Positions 1-9,099 are shown, counted from the stretch's first letter. The stretch: 64,000 nucleotides of DNA from an uncultured Planctomycetota bacterium (GCA_963841915.1 CAWJEN010000006.1:192001-256000), one strand, 5' to 3'. Notes: generated by a model from the letters alone, not told the origin. Numbers and translations: made by a program.

Positions 1-54
1 GCCCGTCGGCTGGCCCGGATACTGCAACTGCTGTGGCTGATACGGATCCGTCAT
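1..54 (-). CDS. 5' end of a gene running off the window (MTDPYQPQQLQYPGQPTG...)
   Basis: ATG at 54 on the minus strand, open to the window edge; divergent from ilvA; only 18 codons visible. Confidence 0.35.
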   Translation of the reverse strand, partial: MTDPYQPQQLQYPGQPTG

Positions 55-222
55 GCCCGCATTCTACCGCGCCGCCGCAGCCTTCAGCCGGTCTTTCGTC
101 ACGCCCGCCGCATGCCCCTTCGCCATGCCCGGTGCGGGCGAGAAACCGGCAGACGTCACCGGCAACATCTTTGAGCTGCGCCGCGACGATGGAGAGACGA
201 AGCCACGTGCTCCTGCTGTACC

Positions 223-1437
223 ATGCCTGCGATGGTCACCGCAGACGACGTCACCCGCGCCGCCGACCGCTTGGCCGACGGCATCAGGCGGACGCCCTGC
301 GATCGTGCCCCGACCCTCGACGCCCTCTGCGGCGAGGCCGTCGTCTACGTCAAACGCGAGTACCTTCACCCGACCGGCAGTTTCAAGGAACGCGGCGCCC
401 GCAACGCCCTGCTGCAACTCTCGGCCGACGCTCAAGCGGCCGGCGTCATCGCCGCCAGTGCCGGCAACCACGCCCAGGCCCTGGCCTATCACGGCCGTGA
501 CCTCGGCATCGCCGTCAGCGTCGTCATGCCCCGCTGGGCACCGCTCGTGAAGGTCAACAACTGCCGCAGACTCGGGGCCGACGTGACGCTCAGCGGCGAC
601 AGCTTCGAAGACGCCCGCCGACTCGCCGTCGACCTCGCCGCCAGCGACGGCATGACCTACGTCCACGGCTTCAACGACGACGCCGTTATCGCCGGCGCAG
701 GCACCGTGGCCATCGAAGTGCTCGACGACGTGCCGGACGTGGAGGTCGTCATCATTCCCGTCGGCGGGGGCGGCCTGATCGCGGGCATGGCGACGTACAT
801 CAAGGACAAGCGACCCGACTGCCGAGTCGTGGGTGTCGAGACCGAAGCCGCACCGACCCTCTCACAAGCCCTCGCCGCTGGCCAACCCGTCGACGTCGAG
901 ACGGCCACCAGCATTGCCGACGGCCTGGCGATCGGCCGCCTCGGCGACAACTGTTTTGCCCCGTGCCGCGAATACGTCGACGAGGTCGTGACGGTCAGCG
1001 AAGCCGAAGCCGCCCGTGCGGTGCTGCGGCTACTCGAAGGTGAAAAGGCGGTCGTCGAAGGGGCAGGCGCCGCCAGCCTCGCGGCGGCGACGGGTCCGTT
1101 GAAGAAGGATCTGGCCGGGAAGAAGGTGGCGCTCATCCTGTGCGGCGGCAACATCGACGTGCAGACGCTCGGCCGCGTCATCGAACGCGGCCTCGCCGCC
1201 GACGGACGACTCTGCCGCATCGCCTGCCGCACCAGCGACCGCCCCGGCAGCCTCGCCAAACTCCTCGACCTCGTCGGCAAGCTCGGCGCAGGGGTCAAGG
1301 AGGTGCATCACGACCGAAGTTTCGGCAGCGGCGACATCGGCCGGGTGGATATCGAACTCGTGCTGGAAACCGATGACAAAGCACATGCCGCCCGCGTCCG
1401 GGAGGCGGTGCTCGAGGCGGGCTATCTCTCGTCGTGA
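223..1437 (+). CDS. ilvA: Threonine ammonia-lyase (dehydratase), short form with C-terminal ACT domain
   Basis: PLP lysine motif TGSFKERG, SAGNHAQ, PVGGGGL, CGGNID, and ACT-like DRPGSLAKLL; start may be 232. Confidence 0.9.
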   Translation: MPAMVTADDVTRAADRLADGIRRTPCDRAPTLDALCGEAVVYVKREYLHPTGSFKERGARNALLQLSADAQAAGVIAASAGNHAQALAYHGRDLGIAVSVVMPRWAPLVKVNNCRRLGADVTLSGDSFEDARRLAVDLAASDGMTYVHGFNDDAVIAGAGTVAIEVLDDVPDVEVVIIPVGGGGLIAGMATYIKDKRPDCRVVGVETEAAPTLSQALAAGQPVDVETATSIADGLAIGRLGDNCFAPCREYVDEVVTVSEAEAARAVLRLLEGEKAVVEGAGAASLAAATGPLKKDLAGKKVALILCGGNIDVQTLGRVIERGLAADGRLCRIACRTSDRPGSLAKLLDLVGKLGAGVKEVHHDRSFGSGDIGRVDIELVLETDDKAHAARVREAVLEAGYLSS

Positions 1438-1630
1438 AGCCGAGATGCCGGTCGCCCTGGTCCTTATCCGTGCGCGATGGCGGCCGCCGCGGCGCAACCG
1501 ATCTTGATGCGCAGGGGGTACGGAACGCACCCGAATCTACCGCAGCGGCGACGCAGGCGGCGGACGGTCCGCGACCTCACAAATCCATCACGGCCGACGA
1601 CCCGCCGACGCACTCGGCGACGCTCAATGG

Positions 1631-1646
1631 TGTTCCACGTGGAACA
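1631..1646. promoter_or_regulatory. parS centromere site
   Basis: Perfect palindrome TGTTCCACGTGGAACA matching the universal chromosomal parS consensus. Confidence 0.9.
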
Positions 1647-1703
1647 TTTCGGGTCCGCCTCGACCTCCAAACCCCGTTGGCGACGCGTGGCGACGGTCGA
1701 GAA

Positions 1704-1719
1704 TGTTCCACGTGGAACA
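1704..1719. promoter_or_regulatory. parS centromere site
   Basis: Perfect palindrome TGTTCCACGTGGAACA. Confidence 0.9.
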
Positions 1720-1824
1720 ATCGAGCCCCGCCGCCAATCGCCGCCCCCCATTCGGCCGCCGCGGCGCAACAGCTTTGCGTCGCTTCGAGCGCCAAGGACC
1801 CTGACAAGGCGTGAGACGGGCGGG

Positions 1825-3900
1825 CTACTTCGCGGTGAGCAGCGAGCGGTTGTTGCGCTCTTCAACGAGGCGGGCGACGGCTTCGTCGAGGGTGACGACG
1901 CCGAGGTCGCCTGTGGTTCTGCCGCGGAGGCTGACGGTGCCGGCCTCGGCTTCCTTGCCGCCGCAGACGAGCATGTACGGAACCTTCCGCTCGGTCGCGA
2001 GGCGGATCTTGGAGCCGACCTTGTCGTTGCCGTCGTCGAGCGTCGCCCGCAGACCTGCCGCTTTGCACGCGTCGACGACTTTGTGCCCGTAGTCGTTGAA
2101 TTTCTCACTGATCGGCAGCACCCGTACCTGCTCGGGGGCCAGCCACAACGGGAAAGCGCCGGCAAAGTGTTCGATGAGGACGCCGACGAACCGCTCCATC
2201 GAGCCGAAGGGCGCGCGGTGGATCATGACCGGACGGTGGTCGGTGTTGTCGCTGCCGACGTAGCTGAGGTCGAACCGCTGGGGCAACTGGTAGTCGACCT
2301 GCACCGTACCGAGCTGCCACTCGCGGCCGATGACGTCTTTCACCACAAAGTCGATCTTCGGCCCATAGAAAGCGGCCTCGCCCGGCTCGGTCGTGAAGGC
2401 GACGCCGAGCGTTTTGGCGGCCTCCGTGCAGGCGGCTTCGGCCTGGTCCCATTGCTTGGCATCGCCGACGAACTTGTCGGCGTCAGGGTCACGCAGGCCG
2501 ACGCGTACGCGATAGTCGTTCATGCCGAGCGTGCCGAGGACGATCTTGACCAGTTCCAGGCAACCCAGCACTTCGGCAGCGACCTGTTCTTCGGTACAGA
2601 AGATGTGCGCGTCGTCCTGCGTGAAGCCGCGGACGCGGGTCATGCCGCCGAGCTCGCCGGATTGCTCCCAGCGGTAGACGGTGCCGAACTCTGCGAGTCT
2701 TACCGGAAGATCGCGATAACTGTGCGGGTCCGACGCGTAGATGCGGATGTGGTGCGGGCAGTTCATGGGCTTGAGCATGAAGCCCTCGATTTCGCCTTCT
2801 CCGAGCTTGTTGGCCAGTTCGCCGCAGGTGCAGCCTTCCTTGGCGAGCAGCTCGACCGTCTCTTTCTCGATCAGCGGCGGGAACTGGCTGTCGCTGTAGT
2901 ACGGGTAGTGGCCGCTGGTTCGGTAGAGGTCGAGCTTGCCGATGTGCGGCGTGAAAACCTGCTTGTAGCCCTGCCGTTGGAGGTGCTCTCCGATGAAGTT
3001 CTGCAGCTCTTGGCGGACGACCGCGCCGTTGGGCTTCCAGAGGACAAGGCCCTGGCCGACCTTGTCGTCGATCGTGTACAGACCGAGGGCGGGCCCGAGG
3101 ACACGGTGGTCGCGTTTTTTGGCTTCTGCAAGGGATTCTAGGTGTGCGTCGAGGTCGCCCTGGGTGTAGAAGGCCGTGCCGTAGATGCGTTGGAAGCGGT
3201 CGCTGGTGACATCGCCGTGCCAGTGGGAGCTGGCGGTGCTGGTGAGCTTGTACGCCCCGATGCGGCCGGTCGATGGAACGTGCGGGCCTTGGCAGAGGTC
3301 TTCCCAGTTCTGATCCTTTTGCCCGGTGACGTACCACGAGAGCGTCGTCGCCCCGCCTGCGATGGCCCGATCGGCGTTGTCGAGTTTGTACTTGTTTCCT
3401 TCAGTCTTCAGCCGCTCGACGCCAGCCTCGGTCGGCAGGTCGTACCGGGTAAACGGACGATCCTCGCCGACGACGGCTGCCATTTCCGCCTCGATCTTCT
3501 CGAAGTCGTCGGAGCTGATCGGCGGCTCGATCGCGATGTCGTAGTAAAAGCCGGTCTCCAGCGGTGGTCCGTAGGCGAGAACCGCGTCCGGTCGAACCTT
3601 TTGGATCGCCTCTGCCATCACGTGTGCCGTCGAGTGCCGGAGCAGGTAGAGGGCGTCTTTCTCATGCTGTTCGTCACGCCATTTGCTGCGATCCTTCTTG
3701 TCGACGCGCGGGCCGGTGACGAGGGCAACGTCGTGCTCGCCTTCGGGCAGCGGGCGATGGAGGTCGACGAGCACATGGTCGACGCGGGCACCGACGGCGG
3801 CGGCGGCGAGCTTCTCGCCGATGGTCACGGCCAGGTCGTAAGGCGTGCTGCCGTCGGGCAGGTCGCGGCGGGAACCATCGGGCAGGATCGCGGTGGGCAT
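1825..3900 (-). CDS. thrS: Threonine--tRNA ligase
   Basis: TGS domain, RHSTAH, DLCQGPH editing motif, KPMNCPHH, EAAFYGPK, HRAPFGSMERF; ATG at 3900. Confidence 0.97.
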   Translation of the reverse strand: MPTAILPDGSRRDLPDGSTPYDLAVTIGEKLAAAAVGARVDHVLVDLHRPLPEGEHDVALVTGPRVDKKDRSKWRDEQHEKDALYLLRHSTAHVMAEAIQKVRPDAVLAYGPPLETGFYYDIAIEPPISSDDFEKIEAEMAAVVGEDRPFTRYDLPTEAGVERLKTEGNKYKLDNADRAIAGGATTLSWYVTGQKDQNWEDLCQGPHVPSTGRIGAYKLTSTASSHWHGDVTSDRFQRIYGTAFYTQGDLDAHLESLAEAKKRDHRVLGPALGLYTIDDKVGQGLVLWKPNGAVVRQELQNFIGEHLQRQGYKQVFTPHIGKLDLYRTSGHYPYYSDSQFPPLIEKETVELLAKEGCTCGELANKLGEGEIEGFMLKPMNCPHHIRIYASDPHSYRDLPVRLAEFGTVYRWEQSGELGGMTRVRGFTQDDAHIFCTEEQVAAEVLGCLELVKIVLGTLGMNDYRVRVGLRDPDADKFVGDAKQWDQAEAACTEAAKTLGVAFTTEPGEAAFYGPKIDFVVKDVIGREWQLGTVQVDYQLPQRFDLSYVGSDNTDHRPVMIHRAPFGSMERFVGVLIEHFAGAFPLWLAPEQVRVLPISEKFNDYGHKVVDACKAAGLRATLDDGNDKVGSKIRLATERKVPYMLVCGGKEAEAGTVSLRGRTTGDLGVVTLDEAVARLVEERNNRSLLTAK

Positions 3901-3916
3901 GGTCGTTGGAAGGAGC

Positions 3917-3947
3917 AAACAAAAGCCGCCCGGTTGAGCGGGCGGCT
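3917..3947 (-). terminator. Intrinsic terminator (attenuator) just upstream of thrS
   Basis: Minus strand AGCCGCCCG-CTCAAC-CGGGCGGCT followed by TTTGTTT, ending about 16 nt before the thrS ATG. Confidence 0.8.
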
Positions 3948-3976
3948 GCGTCAGGGTGGACGAGAACCGGCCCGCG

Positions 3977-4024
3977 TTACAGCGGCGTGGTCGAAGTGGT
4001 CGCGGTCGTCGTCGTGAAGGTCAC
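3977..4024 (-). CDS. Threonine-rich leader peptide (MTFTTTTATTSTTPL)
   Basis: GTG ACC TTC ACG ACG ACG ACC GCG ACC ACT TCG ACC ACG CCG CTG TAA; 9 Thr in 15 codons; directly upstream of the thrS terminator; alternative ATG starts at 4042 and 4054. Confidence 0.8.
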   Translation of the reverse strand: MTFTTTTATTSTTPL

Positions 4025-4030
4025 GGCCCA

Positions 4031-4058
4031 ACCATAGATCATGCCGCCGCTCATGCAA
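4031..4058 (-). promoter_or_regulatory. Putative sigma70 promoter for the thrS leader
   Basis: TTGCAT-N16-TATGGT on the minus strand; the GTG start lies 6 nt after the -10 (leaderless geometry). Confidence 0.5.
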
Positions 4059-4415
4059 CCGCTCCTCCTGAGACCGGTCGCCGTGACGCTGGATCCGACA
4101 TTCGTCGTGGCCAACGTCATCGAGGCCGGGCTTTGGGTGGTCGTCGCGATCATCGTCCTGGCGAAGTGGAAGCACAAGACGGCAGCGATCGTGCTCGTCG
4201 CATTCGGCATCAGCGACCTCGTCGAGACACAGACGGGTGCGTGGTGGAAGCCGTGGTGGCTACTCGCCTGGAAGGCACTGTGCGTGATCGCGCTGCTGGT
4301 GATCGTCGGTTCCACGTGGAAGTCGTCGGTTCCACGTGGAACAGGCGACGTCAAGATTTGGATGAGGCGCACCAAAAGACCGGCGCCCTGGAGGAGGAGG
4401 GGACGCCGGCCTTAG
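4041..4415 (+). CDS. Small hypothetical membrane protein
   Basis: Hydrophobic segments and Trp-rich motif FGISDLVETQTGAWWKPWWLLAWK; 3' end overlaps two parS sites and the first hairpin of the array. Confidence 0.65.
   Translation: MPPLMQPLLLRPVAVTLDPTFVVANVIEAGLWVVVAIIVLAKWKHKTAAIVLVAFGISDLVETQTGAWWKPWWLLAWKALCVIALLVIVGSTWKSSVPRGTGDVKIWMRRTKRPAPWRRRGRRP
4308..4343. promoter_or_regulatory. Tandem parS-like sites
   Basis: GGTTCCACGTGGAAGT (4308-4323) and GGTTCCACGTGGAACA (4328-4343), within a 20-bp tandem duplication TCGTCGGTTCCACGTGGAA. Confidence 0.7.
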
Positions 4416-4921
4416 AGGAGGCTCGAAAACGGATGCCGGCCGGAGGAGGAGAAGCCGGCACCCGTGGAGGAGGATCAAAAGCCGACGCTGGAGGAGGAGG
4501 AGAACCAGCGTCGGCTGCGGAGGAGGTCTAAAACCGACGTCGAGGGAGGAGGAAACTCGACGCCGGTTGGAGGAGGCTCGAAACCCGGCACCGGGGGAGG
4601 AGGAAACCCGATGCCGGATGGAGGAGGTCCTGAGGGCTGGCCAGTTGGCCTAGTGGCATTGGCGTCCGCATCGCCAAGGCCCTGCCCGTGTTCTAAAAGC
4701 CGATGCGGGCGGAGGAGGAGAACCCGCACCGGCTGGAGGAGGTTTAAAACGGGCACCGGCCGGAGGAGGAGAAGCCGATGCCCGTGGAGGAGGTTTGTGT
4801 GGTCGCTGCGTTCTCCGACGCTGAAGGCCCTTTCGGGCTGGTGCGGGCTTCGCGACGGTCGCGTCAGCTCCGCTGTGTTCTAAAACCGGTGCCGGCCGAA
4901 GGTTGTCCTCCGGCACCGGTT
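4374..4921 (-). ncRNA. Putative structured ncRNA array: 8 hairpins with CCUCCUCC (anti-SD) loops and linkers
   Basis: ~52-nt period; stems differ in sequence but keep pairing; all six internal stem mismatches are A-C on + (G-U on -); a U-tract follows each stem on -. Confidence 0.75.
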
Positions 4922-4993
4922 GCGGGTCGGGCCCTCGCCCGGATTCCGCGTCTCTCCCTCGCCCCGAGGGTTGCATTTTCCCCCACGGATTCT

Positions 4994-5290
4994 CTAAGGC
5001 ATCCCGTCGTCATCTCGTTCATAGAACGAGGCGAAGAGGCCCGTGATCAGCACAGAACCGGCTGCGGCGACGCACATCAGTGGCGTCACGAGCCCGCCTT
5101 CCCGAACCAGCTCACCGTTCGCCAGCCACAGCAGGCCGGCAGCGACAAGAATGGCAACGAGTGGCAGCAGGAGCCGTCCGACGCGACGAACCAGGTGGTT
5201 CGCCTGGGCCACCCGCCAGTCGATGTAGTCGAGGGACGGGGACACGCGGTGAGTCGCAAGATCAGCGACATGCCGGAGGGCGTGGTTCAT
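4994..5290 (-). CDS. Small two-TM membrane protein upstream of the RNA array
   Basis: GGAGA RBS 5 nt before ATG (MNHALRH...); two hydrophobic stretches; alternative start at 5302. Confidence 0.55.
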   Translation of the reverse strand: MNHALRHVADLATHRVSPSLDYIDWRVAQANHLVRRVGRLLLPLVAILVAAGLLWLANGELVREGGLVTPLMCVAAAGSVLITGLFASFYERDDDGMP

Positions 5291-5937
5291 TGTGATCTCC
5301 ATCGCAATCGGCGGCCTTGCCTGCTGCGAAGAGGGGTTGAGTCGTTCTGAGCCGTCGCTTCTTGCGACGGGGTCGTGTCCGCCTCACCTGCCGACGGCAC
5401 CGTGCCGTCGTCTTGTGCAGGTTTGCGTCACGTTGAACCCTTTAGAGAAGTTCGTGCCACCCGACGCAGATCGAGGAAAAAAAACGCTGCGGGCGATGGG
5501 CAGGGAGCGTGAAAAGGCCGCTGATCGCTCGTATGGCTTGATTCGACGCTTCAAGTTTGTGACTTTATCTTCTGCGGCCTTTCGGACCTTCATCTACTGC
5601 TTACAGAACACTGCCTGCGGACTGGGCAATGTGGTGGGGAAGCGCGCAGTTGCATGCCAGTGCAGCGACGCCCGCCGCCGATGCCGCCAGACCTTTAAGT
5701 AAGACGTCGCGGAGTAGATGGCGACCCGAGGCTTATCGCTGCGTGTGCCATTCGCACCACAGGATGATTCGCGTCGTACGGTGCATTGACACGCGCAGGA
5801 AAAGTCTGCGCAATTCCAGTGGGACAGGCGGGTTCGTCCGCCTACACTGGCGGCCCGGCCGGTGGGTACGCGCTTGCGTCCCGCAACGGTTCGGTTCGGT
5901 TCGAAGGTACACGTGCGGCTCCGGCCGCGGGAGCGTT

Positions 5938-8900
5938 ATGGCTAAAGGTATTCGCGTCAGCTCACTGGCTAAGGAATTGGGAGTCAAGAGCAAGGACGTT
6001 CTGGCCAAGCTCCGCGAGGAGGGCTTGGGCGAGAAGGTGCCCAACCACCAGAGCACCGTCGGTCCGGGTTTGGAAGCCTCCATCCGCGATTGGTTCCCAG
6101 GAGCCGATGCAGGCGGTGGTGGAACTGCCACCGCCACCAAGACCACCAAGAAGGCCGTAAAGAAGACGACCAAGAAGGTCGCCAAGGCGGTGACCAAGAA
6201 TGCTCCCGCAGACGATGCGTCGGCTGCGCCCGCTGAGGAGGCTGAGACGTCTAAGGCCGCTCCACCGCCGCCTCCACCGCCTGCGGCACCGACGCCGCCG
6301 CCTGCGGCGCCGGTTGCACCTGCGGCGGTGGTTGCTGAGACGCCCCAAGCCGCCCCGCCTCCGCCGCCGCCCCGTCCGGCCCCGCCGGCCAACTCGCGTC
6401 CGACGCCGCCTGCGCCGCGTCCGCCCGTTGCTGCGCCTCAACCGCCGCTGCGTCCTGCTGCCACGATTTCGGGTCCGTCACCGTCGCTGGGTCGTCGCGA
6501 CCCCAAGACCGGCCGCCTGATCCCGCCGCCGGCACCGCCGGCGCCACCCAAGCCGCAGGCTCCGGTCGCGCCGCAGCGTCCTGCCGTGCGACCCGCCGCA
6601 CAAGCCCCGGGTCAGCCCGGTCGTCCGATGCCCCGGCCGGCCCCGCCGTCCGATGGTCGTCGCCCCGCCCCGCCGCAGCGTCCGGGTCAGCCCGGCCTGC
6701 CCGCCGGTGGCACCGTCAACCCCAACACGGGCGTTGCCGAGCAGCCGATGCGGCCGACGATTACGCTTGCCGATAAGCAAAAAGAGCTTCAAGAGCGGAT
6801 CAAGGTCGAGCGAGAAGCCAAACGCGCTGCCGAAGGTCCCGTCAAAGCCGCCCCACAGCTTTCGGAGCTGAAGAAGGCTGAGGTCAGCGGGCCCAAGGTC
6901 GTTCGCGTCGAAGCGCCCGACCACGTGCCTGCCCCACGTCGTCGCGACGCCTCGCGTCCGGGTGGACCGGCTCGCATTCCGACCGGACCCATCGCCAAAG
7001 GTGGTGGCGGCGTTAAGGTGCGTGACCCCAACGCAGCCGGCGCGCCAGGTACCGGAACCGGTGCCGCGGGTGATCGTGGCAGCCTGTCGGGTCGCCGTCG
7101 CACCGATGGTCGGCGTGGTGAGGCGCTTGAGAAGCTTCGCGAGTTCACCGACGCCGACATCATTGCTCGGCGCGATGCGCTCAATGCAGCCAAGGCCAAT
7201 CGGAACCTGCTGGATCGTCAGATGCAGCGGACCGCCCAGCGTGGTCGCGGTTTCCGCGCCCCCACGCCTTCGCAGTCGGACGGCCCGGTCATCGTCAAAG
7301 AGCCGATCACCGTCAAGAGCTTGTCGAACGATCTCGGCGTCCGCTCCAACTCGCTGCTTCGCACGCTGTTCGTCAAGCATGGCGCACGCGGCGTGAGCAT
7401 CAATAGCAGCCTCGATGCTGAACAGGCAGAGGCGTTGGCGATGGAGTTCGGGATCGACGTCGCTATCGAGCGTGAGCCGTCTGCCGAAGAGAAGCTCATC
7501 GAGCGGTTCATCGACATCGATGCCGCCATGGCCCCGGAGGATCTGACCTCCAGACCGCCCGTCGTGACCATCCTCGGCCACGTCGACCACGGCAAGACGA
7601 GCCTGCTGGACAAGATTCGCAACACCAATGTCGTCGCCGGCGAGAGTGGCGGCATCACGCAGCACGTTGCCGCCTTCGATGTCAGCATCGAGCGTGATGG
7701 CGAGACCAAGCAGGTCACATTTATCGACACGCCCGGCCACCAGGCCTTCACGGCCATGCGTGCCCGTGGTGCGCAGGTAACGGACATCGTCGTGCTGGTG
7801 ATCGATGCCGCCCAAGGCATTCAGCCGCAAACGACTGAGAGTATCAACCACGCCAAGGCCGCCGGCGTGCCGATCGTGGTCGCGCTCAACAAGATCGACC
7901 GTCCCGACGCCAATCCCGACAAGGTGCTTGGCGAACTAGCGGCTGCCGACCTGAACCCGGCCGAATGGGGTGGCGACACTGAAGTCGTCCGCACCAGTGC
8001 GATGACCGGCCAAGGGATCGACGATCTTCTGGAGATTCTCGACATTCAGGCCGAGATTCTCGAACTCCGGGCCGCGCCGCAGACGGCAGCCCGTGGCCGT
8101 GTGATCGAGGCGCGTCAAGCCCAGGGCCTTGGCCCGGTCGCGACAATCCTCGTGCAGCAAGGCACGCTCCGTGTCGGCGATGTCATTCTCGCCGGTGTCG
8201 GCTGGGGCCGCGTGCGTGCCCTGCAGAAGGCTGACGGCAAGAACCACAAGGAAGCCCCGCCCAGCACGCCCGTGCTCGTCAGCGGCTTCAATGAGGTTCC
8301 GTCGGCCGGTGACGCATTCTTCGTCATGAGCGACCTCGACGAAGCCGTCGCCGTCGCCGAAGAGCGTCGGTCGGAGCAGCGCCAGGAAGACCTTGCCCTC
8401 AAGAACAAGGTCAGTCTCGAGAACCTGTTCGACACCGTGGCCGAGGGCCAAATTAAGACGATCAACCTCATCCTCAAGGGCGACGTCAAGGGGTCGGTCG
8501 AGACGCTCCAAGCGACGGTCGGCCAGCACAACAACCAGGAAGTGCAGGTCAAGATCATCCACAGCGCTGTCGGTGCTGTGAATGAGAGTGATGTGGAGCT
8601 CGCCGACGCATCGGAGGCCGTCGTCATCGGCTTCCACGTCGCCATCGATGAGGGTGCCCGCCACCTCGCCGAGCAGCGTGGCGTCGAGATCCGGACGTAC
8701 AACGTCATCTACGAGATCTACGACGACATCAAGCTGGCCTTGAGCGGCCTGCTCACGCCCGACATCGAAGAGCGGTACCGTGGCACCTGCGAGGTGCGGC
8801 AGACGTTCCGCTCGAGCCGTCTGGGCACGATTGCCGGTTGCTACGTCACCGATGGCACGATCAGTCGCGATGCGTTCGTCCGCCTGCTGCGGGACGGCCG

Positions 8901-9069
8901 CATCGTGCAGGAAGAGCTTCGTGTCGACAGCCTCCGCCGCATCAAGGACGACGCCCGTGAGGTCAAGCAAGGCCTTGAGTGTGGTCTGAACCTGCAGAAC
9001 TACGACGACGTGAAGGACGGCGACAAGCTAGAGTTTTACGTCCGTGAAGAAGTCGCGCGGTCTCTTTAA
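5938..9069 (+). CDS. infB: Translation initiation factor IF-2
   Basis: N-terminal [29 protein letters not shown]-terminal EVKQGLECG; long Pro-rich linker. Confidence 0.97.
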   Translation: MAKGIRVSSLAKELGVKSKDVLAKLREEGLGEKVPNHQSTVGPGLEASIRDWFPGADAGGGGTATATKTTKKAVKKTTKKVAKAVTKNAPADDASAAPAEEAETSKAAPPPPPPPAAPTPPPAAPVAPAAVVAETPQAAPPPPPPRPAPPANSRPTPPAPRPPVAAPQPPLRPAATISGPSPSLGRRDPKTGRLIPPPAPPAPPKPQAPVAPQRPAVRPAAQAPGQPGRPMPRPAPPSDGRRPAPPQRPGQPGLPAGGTVNPNTGVAEQPMRPTITLADKQKELQERIKVEREAKRAAEGPVKAAPQLSELKKAEVSGPKVVRVEAPDHVPAPRRRDASRPGGPARIPTGPIAKGGGGVKVRDPNAAGAPGTGTGAAGDRGSLSGRRRTDGRRGEALEKLREFTDADIIARRDALNAAKANRNLLDRQMQRTAQRGRGFRAPTPSQSDGPVIVKEPITVKSLSNDLGVRSNSLLRTLFVKHGARGVSINSSLDAEQAEALAMEFGIDVAIEREPSAEEKLIERFIDIDAAMAPEDLTSRPPVVTILGHVDHGKTSLLDKIRNTNVVAGESGGITQHVAAFDVSIERDGETKQVTFIDTPGHQAFTAMRARGAQVTDIVVLVIDAAQGIQPQTTESINHAKAAGVPIVVALNKIDRPDANPDKVLGELAAADLNPAEWGGDTEVVRTSAMTGQGIDDLLEILDIQAEILELRAAPQTAARGRVIEARQAQGLGPVATILVQQGTLRVGDVILAGVGWGRVRALQKADGKNHKEAPPSTPVLVSGFNEVPSAGDAFFVMSDLDEAVAVAEERRSEQRQEDLALKNKVSLENLFDTVAEGQIKTINLILKGDVKGSVETLQATVGQHNNQEVQVKIIHSAVGAVNESDVELADASEAVVIGFHVAIDEGARHLAEQRGVEIRTYNVIYEIYDDIKLALSGLLTPDIEERYRGTCEVRQTFRSSRLGTIAGCYVTDGTISRDAFVRLLRDGRIVQEELRVDSLRRIKDDAREVKQGLECGLNLQNYDDVKDGDKLEFYVREEVARSL

Positions 9070-9099
9070 AACGCCACGGGACGCGGAGCAAGAACGCAG

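Noticed and set aside
1477..3141. 554-aa + strand ORF and many other long overlapping ORFs
   Set aside because: Antisense or alternate-frame shadows of real genes (thrS, infB, groEL, lon etc.), typical of high-GC DNA
3917..4030. T-box riboswitch upstream of thrS
   Set aside because: The leader is too short for stem I and lacks the UGGNACC T-box bulge; the Thr-codon uORF explains the terminator better
4464..4883. ORFs over the array (Gly/Glu/Arg-rich on +, Pro-rich on -)
   Set aside because: The unit period (51-53 nt) does not preserve frame; the translations are by-products of the GGA repeats
4374..4921. CRISPR array interpretation of the periodic repeats
   Set aside because: The constant parts are short GGAGGAGG/AAAA motifs and the variable parts are self-complementary stems; there are no unique spacers and no cas genes in the window
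5303..5937. Possible oriC, tRNA or riboswitch in the long intergenic region
   Set aside because: I could not see a DnaA-box cluster, AT-rich unwinding element, cloverleaf or known aptamer consensus
6240..6720. CCG-rich repeats within infB as a separate repeat element
   Set aside because: Simply encodes the Pro/Ala-rich IF2 linker in frame
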